A stretch of 64,000 bases of DNA from Eledone cirrhosa (GCA_964016885.1 OZ024745.1:132618001-132682000); one strand, 5' to 3'. Shown: positions 30,111-43,196, counted from the first letter of the stretch. Notes: a model not told the origin generated them from the sequence alone. Program-made: numbers and translations.

Positions 30111-31015
30111 TTACTATTTTACCTGTTCCAGCCAACCGGCTGAGGCCATGCTGGACACCGCCCTTGAAATATATATATATATATATATTAAGCTGTAAAT
30201 ATAATCTATATGGTGTGTTGACTGATTTATCAATGTATACAGTGAGTTATTTGCTTTAGGTGTCAGGAAGACACTCGGCCAAAAAAAAAACGAAACACTA
30301 CTGAAGGAAGAGGAATAACAAACAATAGTAGCAACGATAACAGTGCCAATAATAAAAACAATAATAATAATAATAACAGTACCGATAATAAAAACAATTA
30401 TAACAATAATAATATTTGTCATATCCTTCTGAGTATTTATCGTCGTCATCATCTTCATCACTCTAATAGCATTGAAACATTTAAAACCTTTTACGTCATA
30501 CGTAATATTTTTATCACAACTTTTCGAGCATGCATATCTCACTGTCAATAGCTACTTCAGCAGTCACACAGCCCACTGGATGTTCCCCTTAGCGTGGAGA
30601 TTAGATAAGAAAATCGTTGGAATTCTTTAGAATTTGGCAGTGGAACGGCCGTAAATCTTCCTGTGGAATATTATGCTGAAAGCAATATCTTGATGGCTGT
30701 AAAGTTGATATAAATTATATTTGCAGAATTTTTTACCCATGATTTATGAGTGATATCCTGCCATTCATTCCATACATAAAAAGGAATTTTTATAAAAATG
30801 CTTTCATACCTTTATATAATTCGAACTATATTTCTTGAGAGTATTTACATATATATAGAATCACATAAACACATAGTTAACAGATTACGCTATGTGCTGT
30901 CTAATAAACTACTATACATATTAACACAAATTATACAAAAATGCACAAGGAAAGGTAAATTTACATCTATATAGACATACAGAAAGTAATAATTTATTCG
31001 TGACAGAAAGGTACA

Positions 31016-31080
<65 letters not shown>

Positions 31081-31082
<2 letters not shown>

Positions 31083-31382
31083 TTCCAAGGATCCTAGGCC
31101 GAGGGTTGACAGTGGCGATAAGCTCGCACTGCTTTAAGAATGCGCATCAGAACGCCTCTGCCAAACACGTTCAACTAATGACCTTGTCTGGCTTCTTATA
31201 TGTAAGACCGGCGGAAGTGTCTCTACTAACAAGAAAAGAGGCATAGGCGTGTTCTGGTGCCTTAGGCCAGTGCTCCGGGTAGATGGTACTCGTCAGCCTA
31301 GGAGGGCAGTCCATCTAAGAGAAGGCAAATTCTGAATTCAAACCTCCACTGGCTTGCGGCAATACAATATCCACTTATGGAA

Positions 31383-31385
<3 letters not shown>
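31081..31385 (+). mobile_element. RTE-type LINE 5' region fragment
   Basis: gggcagtccatctaagagaaggcaaattctgaattcaaacc resembles RTE 5' sequence; recalled similarity only. Confidence 0.4.
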
Positions 31386-31420
<35 letters not shown>

Positions 31421-31424
<4 letters not shown>

Positions 31425-32354
31425 GACGTAAAATAAGAAAATTATAATAATTAACTTACTTAAGTTTCACTCCAACTAATTAGTTTCTGAAAGGGGATAT
31501 ACATTGTGTTAAAAACCCTGGAGACTCCTTTCTTCATCAGGGAGTCAATTCTCGGCTAAGATCCCTGGCGATAGGCGGACACAGGGAGCTCAAACAAAAA
31601 TAATTCAGTGAATGGAAAAAAAGCAAGCGCGGACTAAATTTCAAGACAGTGAACATTTTACTGCCTTCTGGTCAGTGGCAAATTCAAAAGAATCAATCAC
31701 GTGCCATCGAGGTTAATCAAAAAGTTGGTAGCCAAAATGTTACTATGAACCATAATAGTAATTTAGGCAAATATTTGCTCAACAAAATAATTTGGAGATA
31801 ATTTTAAAGAATTAGTATATCTACCAACTTATTTATACAGACGTATACTTACGCTAGCAAGATATAGGTTTTGACTTAGTAACTTTGTGGTTCAATACAA
31901 AAATGTAGAACAAATACTTCTGTATAAATATGTTGGGAGATATACTAATTCTTTAAAATTATCTTCAAATTATTTTGTTGAGCAAATATTTACCTAAATT
32001 ACTACTATGGTTCATAATAACATTTTGGCTACCGTCTGTTTAACATCCCACTCCTCACTGATTAACCTCGATGTCACGTGATTAATTTTTTTGAATTTGC
32101 CACTGACCGGGAAGGCAGTGAAATGTTCACTGTCTTGAAATTTAGTCCGCGCCTGCTTCTTTTTCATTCACTGAATTATTTTTGCTTGAGCTCCCTGTGT
32201 CCGCCTATCGACAGGGATCTAAGCCGAGAATTGACTCCGTGATGAAGAAAGGATTCTCCATAGTTTTGAACACTAAGTATATCCCCTTTCAGAAACTAAT
32301 TAGTTGGAGTGAAACTTAAGTAAGTTAATTATTATAATTTTCTTATTTTACGTC

Positions 32355-32358
<4 letters not shown>
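31421..32358. mobile_element. Family F head-to-head inverted element between (TA)n tracts
   Basis: Arms about 31421-31848 and 31914-32358, diverged by substitutions and an indel; spacer about 65 bp. Confidence 0.9.
31469..31545 (-). ncRNA. Type I hammerhead ribozyme (family F)
   Basis: actcc-CTGATGA-agaaagg...cctttca-GAAA-ctaattag-TT-ggagt; the plus-arm copy at 32234-32310 has C3 changed to G. Confidence 0.75.
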
Positions 32359-32416
<58 letters not shown>

Positions 32417-32417
32417 G

Positions 32418-32600
32418 ATATATTAACAGATGGAAACTATATTTATAAAACCATATTTATTTCATTATACATATTTCAAGGACACCAAGTTAAATTATGG
32501 TGTGCTTTCATCAGATAAAATATAATATAGATCAGTTTTATAAATAAATATTGACATACCCTTAAAGAATGCGACCATTTCTGTTGGAAGCTCCCGGATA
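32418..32600 (-). mobile_element. Family D HHR element
   Basis: Minus 32458-32522: tattttat-CTGATGA-aagcacacc...ggtgtcctt-GAAA-tatgta-TA-atgaaata. Confidence 0.75.
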
Positions 32601-33371
32601 ATCTATGTGATGGAAATTATGACTATGTACCCGATTGACTACTGCCTTTCATACTGTAATTTATCCTCCGCTCTACTGTACGGTACTATCGTTCAGTATG
32701 TGGATAGTGTAACTGTGACATTAGTGCCCCTTTCAGAACTTCTTACTTAAACATCTCTCTGCATATTATTTACTCACTTCAATCTATATATTGTTTTACT
32801 CACCTCAATCCGGATTCTCACTTGAACATTTTTTTAATTTCTAATTGTTAATTTTTTTATTTTTTTATTTTTTTATTTTTTTTATTTATAATTTCTGATA
32901 TTTGATTTAGGATTTTCGATTTTAAATTTTTATTTTTATTTCCAACTCTCACCCATAACTTCCAATGTGAAACCATGATACCTAGAATTAAGTATATTTT
33001 CTCTTGGGGGTTTATGGTCAGTTGTACTGTCCATGCTTGGTGAGAGGTAGTATTGGGACCTGTAAATACTAACACTCTCCCATCCCCTCTGGCTTTCGGC
33101 TGACTGCCACAGACGGGATGGGTAGCAGTAAACTATGGTACAGGCCTGAATGGGTCATTGTTTGACTGAGAGAGGGAACTGACTAAGCGAATTTCGTTGA
33201 AATCTGCGGTAGCTAATGGTCAACTTCCTCCGGACCTGCGCCTGCGCAGACCGGTGGGGTGTATTGGTACTCACAGGGGAACGGATGAAGAACCCAAAAG
33301 CACACACTTCGTCTGTTCCCATCTCGATTCAATTTGGATTGCCTCGGAAACATAACCTTATTATGTAACAA

Positions 33372-33445
33372 GCTGTCTGACGATGTCGCGACACTGGCAC
33401 ACAGAACAGTGTGGCCACTGTCGTCATTGAAATATATATCACAGC
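33372..33445 (+). ncRNA. Type I hammerhead ribozyme upstream of (TA)n
   Basis: gctgt-CTGACGA-tgtcgcgaca...tgtcgtcatt-GAAA-tatata-TC-acagc; ATTAAA downstream, (TA)n at about 33583. Confidence 0.75.
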
Positions 33446-33580
33446 ATTATTATTAAAAGACTTGGACATCTGAAACTACTTCGCTTTTCCTTATTCGATA
33501 TTTACTCCGTCACTCGTATGTGGAATATGTATGTTGAGTGCTTGAATTGAATTGCATCAATGTTTCAATGTTTACCCTAA

Positions 33581-33628
<48 letters not shown>

Positions 33629-33715
33629 ATATATATATATATATATTATGAAGAGAGAAGAAACATTTAGATATAATTAGTAATAAAATGTATCATACCT
33701 AAACTGCTCCTAGAT

Positions 33716-33805
33716 TCCTCGACTACGTAGTTTCGTGGCATAAACAAAAACAATACATCATAAAGATATAGAGTCCCTGCGAGGTCTGCCGACTTATCAA
33801 GAGGA
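33716..33805 (-). ncRNA. Type I hammerhead ribozyme (family G copy 1)
   Basis: Reverse complement of 34932-35021. Confidence 0.8.
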
Positions 33806-34308
33806 TACCTCATTTTACTAGTCTCAAGAACGCGTCTATACGACGTGAGAAAGAATCCCAAAAGGCGGAGGGGGAGATAGTCACGTGATATAACGGTCGA
33901 GAAACAGAGCTAAGCCTCTTATAACCCCCAAGAAAATACCACAGCGGCGGAGGGGGTATTTATATCGAAGCCGTAGAAGAGGTGGTGAAGGAGGTGAGAA
34001 GTATGAGTAATGGCAGCTTTCCACCAGTCACCACACTTCAAAGATTACTCAACCAGAGGGAGTTATTAACAATATATTTAGAAACACACAGATACATGCG
34101 GACACACACATATACATGAATGCATCCACACCCAACCGTGAGTTAAGGGTGCCAACCTCACCGATGTTGCTCAATGAATGACTGGGACAGACCAATCCGG
34201 TTGAACCAGACTGAACCAGTATCAGAGTTAAAATCACATTATGAAGAGAGAAGAAACATTTAGATATAATTAGTAATAAAATGTATCATACCTAAACTGC
34301 TCCTAGAT

Positions 34309-34398
34309 TCCTCGACTACGTAGTTTCGTGGCATAAACAAAAACAATACATCATAAAGATATAGAGTCCCTGCGAGGTCTGCCGACTTATCAAGAGGA
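34309..34398 (-). ncRNA. Type I hammerhead ribozyme (family G copy 2)
   Basis: Same motif, exactly 593 bp from copy 1. Confidence 0.8.
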
Positions 34399-34770
34399 TA
34401 CCTCATTTTACTAGTCTCAAGAACGCGTCTATACGACGTGAGAAAGAATCCCAAAAGGCGGAGGGGGAGATATCTAAATGTTTCTTCTCTCTTCATAATG
34501 TGATTTTAACTCTGATACTGGTTCAGTCTGGTTCAACTGGATTGGTCTGTCCCAGTCATTCATTGAGCAACATCGGTGAGGTTGGCACCCTTAACTCACG
34601 GTTGGGTGTGGATGCATTCATGTATATGTGTGTGTCCGCATGTATCTGTGTGTTTCTAAATATATTGTTAATAACTCCCTCTGGTTGAGTAATCTTTGAA
34701 GTGTGGTGACTGGTGGAAAGCTGCCATTACTCATACTTCTCGCCTCCTTCACCACCTCTTCTACGGCTTC

Positions 34771-34780
34771 GATATAAATA
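34771..34780 (+). promoter_or_regulatory. Candidate TATA box in family G unit
   Basis: gaTATAAATA about 160 nt upstream of the HHR; position is plausible for a pLTR promoter. Confidence 0.35.
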
Positions 34781-34931
34781 CCCCCTCCGCCTCTGTGGTA
34801 TTTTCTTCGGGGTTATAAGAGGCTTAGCTCTGTTTCTCGACCGTTATATCGCGTGACTATCTCCCCCTCCGCCTTTTGGGATTCTTTCTCACGTCGTATA
34901 GACGCGTTCTTGAGACTAGTAAAATGAGATA

Positions 34932-35021
34932 TCCTCTTGATAAGTCGGCAGACCTCGCAGGGACTCTATATCTTTATGATGTATTGTTTTTGTTTATGCC
35001 ACGAAACTACGTAGTCGAGGA
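34932..35021 (+). ncRNA. Type I hammerhead ribozyme, U3-A8 core variant (family G copy 3)
   Basis: tcctc-TTGATAA-gtcggca...tgccac-GAAA-ctacgtag-TC-gagga; predicted GUC cleavage after 35016. Confidence 0.8.
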
Positions 35022-35252
35022 ATCTAGGAGCAGTTTAGGTATGATACATTTTATTACTAATTATATCTAAATGTTTCTTCTCTCTTCATAATGTGATTTT
35101 AACTCTGATACTGGTTCAGTCTGGTTCAACCGGATTGGTCTGTCCCAGTCATTCATTGAGCAACATCGGTGAGGTTGGCACCCTTATCTCACGGTTGGGT
35201 GTGGATGCATTCATGTATATGAGTGTGTCCGCATGTATCTGTGTGTTTCTAA

Positions 35253-35296
<44 letters not shown>

Positions 35297-35336
35297 TACT
35301 TTGGGCGTGTCATGTTGCCAATATATATATATAAAA

Positions 35337-35657
35337 TGTTACAGTATCCTGAGAGAGAATAGCGAGAGGAAGCATTCTAGAAGGAGACGATACAGATAAT
35401 TAATTGACATATGCAGGTGCATTCGTGCTCGATGTTTGTGCAGACAGGGTTAAATATTAGAGGCGTTAATATTTAGTGTGCGAATTTAAGCAGAGCAATT
35501 ATAATCGAAGACATCGATGAAAGTGAAGCAAGCGGTTAAAATATATTTATAAGAAGCTCTTACACGTGTTACGCACAATTTGTGCTACTCAGAGGCTCAC
35601 AATAAAATAAAGGGTTTAATTAGGAACCCTAAATGGGTATGAGTACGATTATAACAT
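35337..35657 (+). mobile_element. Candidate solo LTR
   Basis: TGTTA...TAACA termini, internal tatttataag and AATAAA; no clear TSD. Confidence 0.35.
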
Positions 35658-35773
35658 TGAAATTCATATCTCGGTGTGACAAAGTTAGATGTATATGTTT
35701 GGGAGTAACATGTGTAAGAAATTCCTATAAATATATTTTAACGGCTTGCTTCTCTTTCATCAATTTCCTCGAG

Positions 35774-35804
<31 letters not shown>

Positions 35805-36747
35805 GGGTGTGTATGTGTGTGTGTGTCTGTATGTAGGAGGATGTACTTAATGCTAGTAGATATAAGCAGAGTAGAACCAGCCATAAAACGTGTAAAACAT
35901 ACATAAGGAAAAGCAAATCATTTATTTTAAAGTTAATCATAAACATTCGACTAAGGTTCAATCGATGGAAATTGGTTTACATTTTGATCTGATCAGTTTA
36001 ACTATCTTGTCTTGCTTTTCATGTCTTGTTAGAATGTATTTAGTGATAGATTTAATTTTAAATTCCTTCCTAAAACACACAGTTTATTTATTACGATATT
36101 GCCAGTCACTTTGATTCTTAAAAAACACATTTACTATATTATCTTTATTTAATTTTTAAAGCAAATATGGTTGATATATACGGCTACAACCAATTCTATT
36201 TATTCTACTGCACTAGAGCATTTCTAATTTAGGTTAGTATTATAATTATAATATATCAAGTTAAAGAATTTGCATAGTCTGGAATAGGGTATGTACTGGA
36301 AAATTGAAATTTATTATACAGTTCACTTGTTCAGCCTTGCAATCTCGGCACATGCACAAATTTCAGAATATTTTCAACTGTAAAAAAGCATTGATTTAAA
36401 ACAGATGTATACAATTAGATCGAAATACTAAAATGATTTAAATGCTTTCTTGTTTACAATAAATTATACTGACGTGAATGCATCGAGATATACAGACACA
36501 CGTATACTTACGCACACAGAAGCAAACACATACAGAAACACACACACACATACATACATAAATACATACATATATATGTGTGTGTGTGTGTGTGTGGTGT
36601 GTGTGTATGTATATGTAGATACATACATATGCATATACACACGTATATAAATATATATATGTATATATATATACGTGTATGTATGCAGGTGCATGTGTAT
36701 GTGTATGTATATACATATACATACATATACACCTGCGTACTTACACG

Positions 36748-36790
<43 letters not shown>

Positions 36791-37187
36791 ATATATATAC
36801 ATATTTATGTATATACATATACATACACGCACACACATTTGAAATTTAATACAGCTAACTATATGTATATAGTATATATATATATATAGTAAGCTGCATT
36901 AAATTTCAAATTATCGAATTATAATTTAAACAATTGAAGAAGGTTATAAGCGGCATTTTATGCAAGCTAACGTTTTCGTAATTGTTGAAATAAATTCAGT
37001 CAATAGCAGAAATATTTAATAGAAATATCATTTATGTGAGCCAGGGTTGTATGAAAAGCACTACAGTTTCCATTACTACATCATATGAATCAATATAAAA
37101 ATCCTTTACAAACACGCAAACACCTCCTCTATATTTGCAACAACTGTAATCTATCGTCAAAACAATTCGATATCCATGAAGTAGGAG

Positions 37188-37402
<215 letters not shown>

Positions 37403-37407
37403 ATGAA

Positions 37408-37540
37408 GGCGCATGGCTTAGTGATTAGACCGTCGGGCTTACAATCCCGAGGTTGTGAGTTCGATTCGGTCCGGACTTTTCATGGTGTTCTTGAGGAAAA
37501 TACTTTATTTCACGTTGCTCCAGTTTACTCAACTGTAGAT
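37408..37540 (+). mobile_element. Second tRNA-derived SINE family
   Basis: A-box-like tggcttagtg, B-box gagttcgattc, body tactttatttcacgttgctccag. Confidence 0.75.
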
Positions 37541-38302
37541 AGAGGTAAACTAGTGACATGACCTAAACGAAAACAGAAAACGGTGGAGGCCAATCAAGGG
37601 GCTGTTCCTCCGGTAGGAGTGAAAGGGCCTTGGATTGAATATATATATATATATAACACCATAACACATAGTTTTAATACAAAAACAGCTTTGCCTGATA
37701 TGCTTAATTTATGTGATACCTTTGCCTTGCAAAAAATGATATGTGCCTAATACCATTGCTTGTTTCCTTCCTGTATATGACTAATGCATTTGCACTCTCT
37801 TTACGCTTGCATAGGTTCTGCTAGTGTCGTCTTTTTTCAAGTAACTTTCTACCTTAATGCTTCTTTAATTGTTATACTATTCCCTTATAATCTCTGTCGC
37901 TTGCATTCCACTCTGTACCTTTTTAATATTTAATTTTTAATTTTAATTATTGTACAATTCTTTTGTAATCTATGTCGCATACATTCCACTCAGTAAATAC
38001 GAAACTGTTGTTGACATTAATATCCATGTTTCTATGATTGTTCAGTTGAATAGGAGGTTAATTATATGTACAAACATTGCTACTGCTCCGATGAATCCAA
38101 ACGATAGTTTCAAAGAAACGATTGTCAACAATAAAATGATTTGAACATCGCTTTGATTATTGTGTAATTTATATTCCGGCTCTGTAAAATATCTCATGTA
38201 TTTACATTGAGCTATTCTTCTTACTGATAATAAGGTAGTAATAAATTACTGACCTTTCCTGTTTATAGTTGTATATAGTGTATACATAAGTATAAATAAT
38301 AT

Positions 38303-38621
38303 TTGTTTCTACTTTTAGGCACAAGGCCAGCAAATACCCAGTGCATTACTGGTACTTTATTTTATCGACCCCGTAAGGATGAAAGGCAAAGTCAACATAT
38401 ATATATTATATATATATTATATATATTTATACAAAGGCGGTGGATTGGCAGTGACGGTAGAGGGTCGGACGCCATGCTTTCCAGCATAGTTACGCCCCTT
38501 TACGATCTGAGTTCAAATCCCGCCACGGTTGACTTTGCCTTTTATCCTTACGGGGTCGATAAAATAAAGTACCAGTAATGTACTGGATATTTGCTGGCCC
38601 TGTGCCTAAAGTAGAAACAAT
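38303..38621. mobile_element. Inverted pair of OK/OR-like SINEs
   Basis: 3' half on the minus strand at 38303-38397; full copy on the plus strand at 38436-38621. Confidence 0.85.
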
Positions 38622-38687
<66 letters not shown>

Positions 38688-38710
38688 CTAGCGTTCTACC
38701 TCTCTCTCTC

Positions 38711-38799
<89 letters not shown>

Positions 38800-38802
<3 letters not shown>

Positions 38803-38890
38803 GTAATAATAATAAATTTGAAGACTAATATCCAAAGCGGGCTCGATAAGGATAAATATCTATCAAATATATAAGAACCGTAGAGCAAAT
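38800..38890 (-). mobile_element. Family A element
   Basis: Reverse complement of 8-97. Confidence 0.75.
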
Positions 38891-39219
38891 ATATATATAT
38901 ATGTGTGTGTATTACTGTAATGCCTAATGGCTGAGCTTGAGCCGATTCGACGGTGATTGGAGAACTGAATTTTCTCTCACTTCTTCCTTTGATTGAAGCG
39001 TAAATATCGAAATAGTTGTAGTCAAAGCGGGAATATTCAATAAAAATGACATTTATGTGATCTAAGATTATAATCTATTGCCACTTCATAAACAAATTTC
39101 TGAAATGTTACACGGCGCCCGTTCACAAGCATTCACTGCACTTTCTCAATTGGCTCCTCGTTTCGGCTTATGCATGGCCTGCCTGAGCATGTCTTTCTCT
39201 CCAATGAAGTGCGGCTATG

Positions 39220-39454
39220 TTTGAAGTGGTTGTACTATGCCTTGATCTGAGGTTTTCTCATGGCATCATCACCAAAGGCCTAGTGAAGCTTCTGGATAGT
39301 TTGAACTTCAAAATCACCAAGCTTTTGGCAAAATTTGATGCAATATCTCTGTTCCATGCATTCGGTCATCTTGCATGTGCACGTTGTTGTTGCCCAAGCG
39401 GCATTAGGTTTGACGGGAAAAATAAAAGTGGATACTTTTTGAACGCATCTTGTA
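39220..39454 (-). mobile_element. Mariner transposon 5' fragment
   Basis: TIR-like tacaagatgcgttcaaaaagtatcc; MEQRYCIKFCQKLG...TIQKLH*AFGDDAMRKPQIKA*YNHFK. Confidence 0.8.
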
Positions 39455-41027
39455 TTCACATTCGCTCTTCGTATTATTCTGAAATTGACGTACCACTTTG
39501 CATATAATTAGCGCTCGTGTTGCTAATGAATTAAGATAGGAAATAAGAAGTTATCTAGCATCTGAAATGTACGACAAAATTATATTTCTATGCATACAGA
39601 GTGAGAAATTGAGACTGCATCAATGTGTATATATGCATACACTTACTTAATATGTTGGCATGTAAATATGCGAAAAAGTACGAATTTTCCTGTAGTTTGA
39701 AAACATCATAAACTGCTTTAATCAGTTGTCGGACCTAATTGCTCTCTCCTCAGAATGCATGTATATCATCTAAACAACCACAATCTCTATATTCCTATAC
39801 CATTGGAGCAGTTTCGGTTACCAATTCCATATGTATACAATAATAGTTCTATCGTACATTTCGCTTGCTTAATATTTATCTTAATTAATTAACAATAAGA
39901 GCGCTAATTAAATACAAATTAGTACGTATATTTCAGTATAACGATATGTCGAAAATTATCTGACATTAGGTTGTTGAAACGGAATTACGTATTTCCTGGT
40001 GTTCAATTGTAAAGTTCCTTCAAAGTAGACCCCGTTTGTCCCATGCACGTTTATCTCCTTGCACTGTTCGAAGTAAATCTGGATACTTCTTTCGGAATGG
40101 TTCAGGGCACTTCCCGACATTAATGTTCGGGTCATATCCGCTTGGGTGTCAAATGGTGTCAGGGGGAAATATGTTTGGAGAGGAAGCCTTCGTTATGAGG
40201 AAAATACATTTTTTGGCTAAGAAACATGCGTGTGTGTGTATGTGTGTGTGGGGGTATGTGTGTGTATGTGTGTGTGTGTGTGTGTGTGTCTGTACGAGCG
40301 CGTGCGTGCGTCAGTAATATTTTCTACCTTTTTATAAGCCGATGAATTTTCAGAATCATTAGACCATATGATAGAATTATTTACGTCACATATTTCGGCT
40401 CAATCCATTCTCGTTTCAAATGTCGCCGAGGTCAACTTTGGTTTTTATCATTTGGGGATTCATAATTAAACGATTTGACGGTGGATGGTATTTATTTTAT
40501 CAAACTGTAGGAGAAATTACAAAGTAAACAGTGCTATAAAGTAGTCAATCATAATAAATTGACTTGTCACAAAATTCCCCAAGCCAAGAAATATGATTTT
40601 CACTACCAACTAAACAGAATTTCACAGCTAGATTTAAAACAACTCTATGTTAGATATATAGCAAAGGCACCGTATAGACATATTCACAAAATATGTGAAA
40701 ATATTCCTGTGTTTATAGTTAGACGTTATATTCTAGTTTATATTGTAGTTGACAAACAACGGAAATATTCTGCCTTCCTTTCAATGGTGTACCATTATAT
40801 AATCCGGGTGGATGATAATTAATCAGAGCTCTAACAATTGGGGCTACCTTTATATCAAACTAAATACCTGTTTACTAATTATGTCCTATCAAATCTCCGT
40901 ATGTGTGATTTTATTAATTCCATGTAGGAAAATATATCAAATCTAGGCAATCACGTACGGTATTCATATGAACGCACACACCCACTCACACGCACGCACA
41001 TCTCTCTCTCTCTCTCTCTCTCTCACA

Positions 41028-41101
<74 letters not shown>

Positions 41102-41192
41102 AGAGGTTATATTTAATTTGTTAGGATACAACAAGCAAAATATGTTTATCACTGATATAAAGCACTCAACAAATTATTGGAGTAAATATACA

Positions 41193-41533
41193 ATATATTA
41201 ACAAATGGAAGCTATATTTATAAAACCATATTTATTTCATTATACATATTTCAAGGGCCACCAAGGCAAACTATGGTGCGCTTTCATCAGATAAAATATA
41301 ATATAGGTTAGTTTTATAAATAAATATTGAAATACCCTGAAAAAATGCAACAAATTGTGGATGGAATCTCCAGGAGATTCCAACCACAATGGTTGCCTTT
41401 TTCAGGGTATGTCAATATTTATTTATAAAACTAACCTATATTATATTTTATCTGATGAAAGCGCACCTTGGTGACCCTTGAAATATGTATAATGAAATAA
41501 ATATGGTTTTATAAATATAGCTTCCATTTGTTA

Positions 41534-41541
<8 letters not shown>
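41193..41541. mobile_element. Family D head-to-head palindrome with two HHRs
   Basis: Apex ggaatctcc-a-ggagattcc at 41372; HHRs at 41233-41298 (-) and 41444-41499 (+). Confidence 0.88.
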
Positions 41542-41587
<46 letters not shown>

Positions 41588-41660
41588 TATATATATAAAG
41601 GTTTTGTCGCTCTACGTGGCTGAATACATTAAATGTAATCTGAGTTTTTCGAATATTAAT

Positions 41661-41850
41661 AATTGTTTCTACTTTTGACACAAGGCCAGCAATTAACCAG
41701 TGCATTACTGGTACTTTATTTTATCGACCCTGTAAGGATGAAAGACAAAGTTAACCTCGGCGGGATTTGAACTCAGAATGGCAAGGGCCGTAACTCTATG
41801 CGTCAAAGCATGGCGTCCGACCCTCTACCGATACTGCCAATCCACCGCCA
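41661..41850 (-). mobile_element. OK/OR-like SINE
   Basis: Full-length reverse-complement copy. Confidence 0.85.
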
Positions 41851-42079
41851 ATCCAGATAATGACATTCAATTCGTTTCAAATGATGCAAACCGCCTCTTC
41901 ACGCCATGTCAGTAGAATGCCCCCCCCCCTTAATCTTGCTCTTGTATTGGCATATAAACAGGACAGCAGTCACCAATGATCAGACAGTCTGCTAATATGC
42001 AAATTAGGCTGATCAGTCTCTGTATAGTCTAGAAAATATATATTTTCAATAGCTCTGACAGTTGGCAGGTAGCAGTATA

Positions 42080-42124
42080 CGGTACTGATGAAGGCTAATA
42101 AACCAGAAACATTAGTGTCTGCCG
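42080..42124 (+). ncRNA. Type I hammerhead ribozyme (family H relative)
   Basis: cggta-CTGATGA-aggctaataaacca-GAAA-cattagtg-TC-tgccg; downstream sequence is inverted-duplicated at about 41935-41969. Confidence 0.7.
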
Positions 42125-42220
42125 TTCTGTTTATATGCCAACACAAGAACAAAAAGGACGGCATCTTTCGACTAACTTGGCTTAAAGAGCCTGTTTGCAT
42201 AATTGTAAACGAATCGATGT

Positions 42221-42373
42221 ATTGGCAGAATCAGTAGAGCGTCAGACAGCCCGCTTTGCAGCATAGAGTTATGGCCTTTTGTGTTCTGAGTTCAAATCCC
42301 GCTGGAGTTGATAAAATAATGTACCAGTAATGCACTGGAGTAATCGGTGGCCTTGTGCCAAAAGTAGAAACAA
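42221..42373 (+). mobile_element. OK/OR-like SINE (internal deletion)
   Basis: Head, B-box gagttcaaatccc and tail present. Confidence 0.8.
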
Positions 42374-42410
42374 CTATTAATATTCGTGTGTGTGTATATA
42401 TATATATATA

Positions 42411-42540
42411 TTTATTAAAATAACAGATTAAAGTTTATTTGCTCTACGGTTCTTATATATTTGATATATATTTATCCTTATCGAGCCCTCTTTGGATTTT
42501 AGTCTTCAAATTTATTATTATTACTATATATATATATATA
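42411..42540 (+). mobile_element. Family A element with 5' inversion
   Basis: tttattaaaataacagattaaagttt is the reverse complement of the segment preceding the body in the 48836 copy. Confidence 0.75.
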
Positions 42541-42581
42541 TATCTATATATATTATGCACACACACTCACACACACACACT

Positions 42582-42648
<67 letters not shown>

Positions 42649-43196
42649 GTGTGTGTGTGTATGTATATATATATACACACACACACACATATATATATAT
42701 ATAAAATTTAAATGTTGAGAGAATAAGTGTGTAATGTTATGTTAAGTGAATTAAATTGAATGTGGTTGAACATCAGAAAATAACGGAATTATTCATAGAA
42801 AGTTTAATCCACATGAAACCAAGAGTAATTTTTGGGCGATAACCGGCAGGGTTTTGTGTGACTGTAAGACCACAGAGAATTAAACTAATAGGTAGAGGAA
42901 TTGTGAAGGAATTGAAAATAGTTTATTTGTCTTACACGTGTTTCAACAAATGGAAATATGAAATAGGTTAATGGGAAGTATTTCGTTTAAGCCACGTGTT
43001 AGTGTACAAGAACAAAGCCATATTATAATGTCTCAGCATGACTTTAATAGTTTCAGATACATTGAAATGTTTCTTTCGAGGAGATCGTCTTCTACAATTA
43101 CAATTTAATCTATTTAATCCTCAGAATTTAAATGGTTTTATTTCTACATCAATGGAGCTATTTAGAAACTATATCAATTATTATATTTTATATGCG

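Larger units (their letters stand above)
33646..35259. mobile_element. Family G retrozyme/pLTR-like element: 593-bp unit, partial tandem on each arm, head-to-head, flanked by (TA)n
   Basis: Minus arm 33646-34470 (about 1.4 units), plus arm 34468-35259 (about 1.3 units); near-identical; three HHRs. Confidence 0.92.

Noticed and set aside
33667-35293. Repeated 62-78-aa ORFs in family G
   Set aside because: Short, overlap the ribozyme, no recognisable domain; repetition only reflects the DNA repeat.
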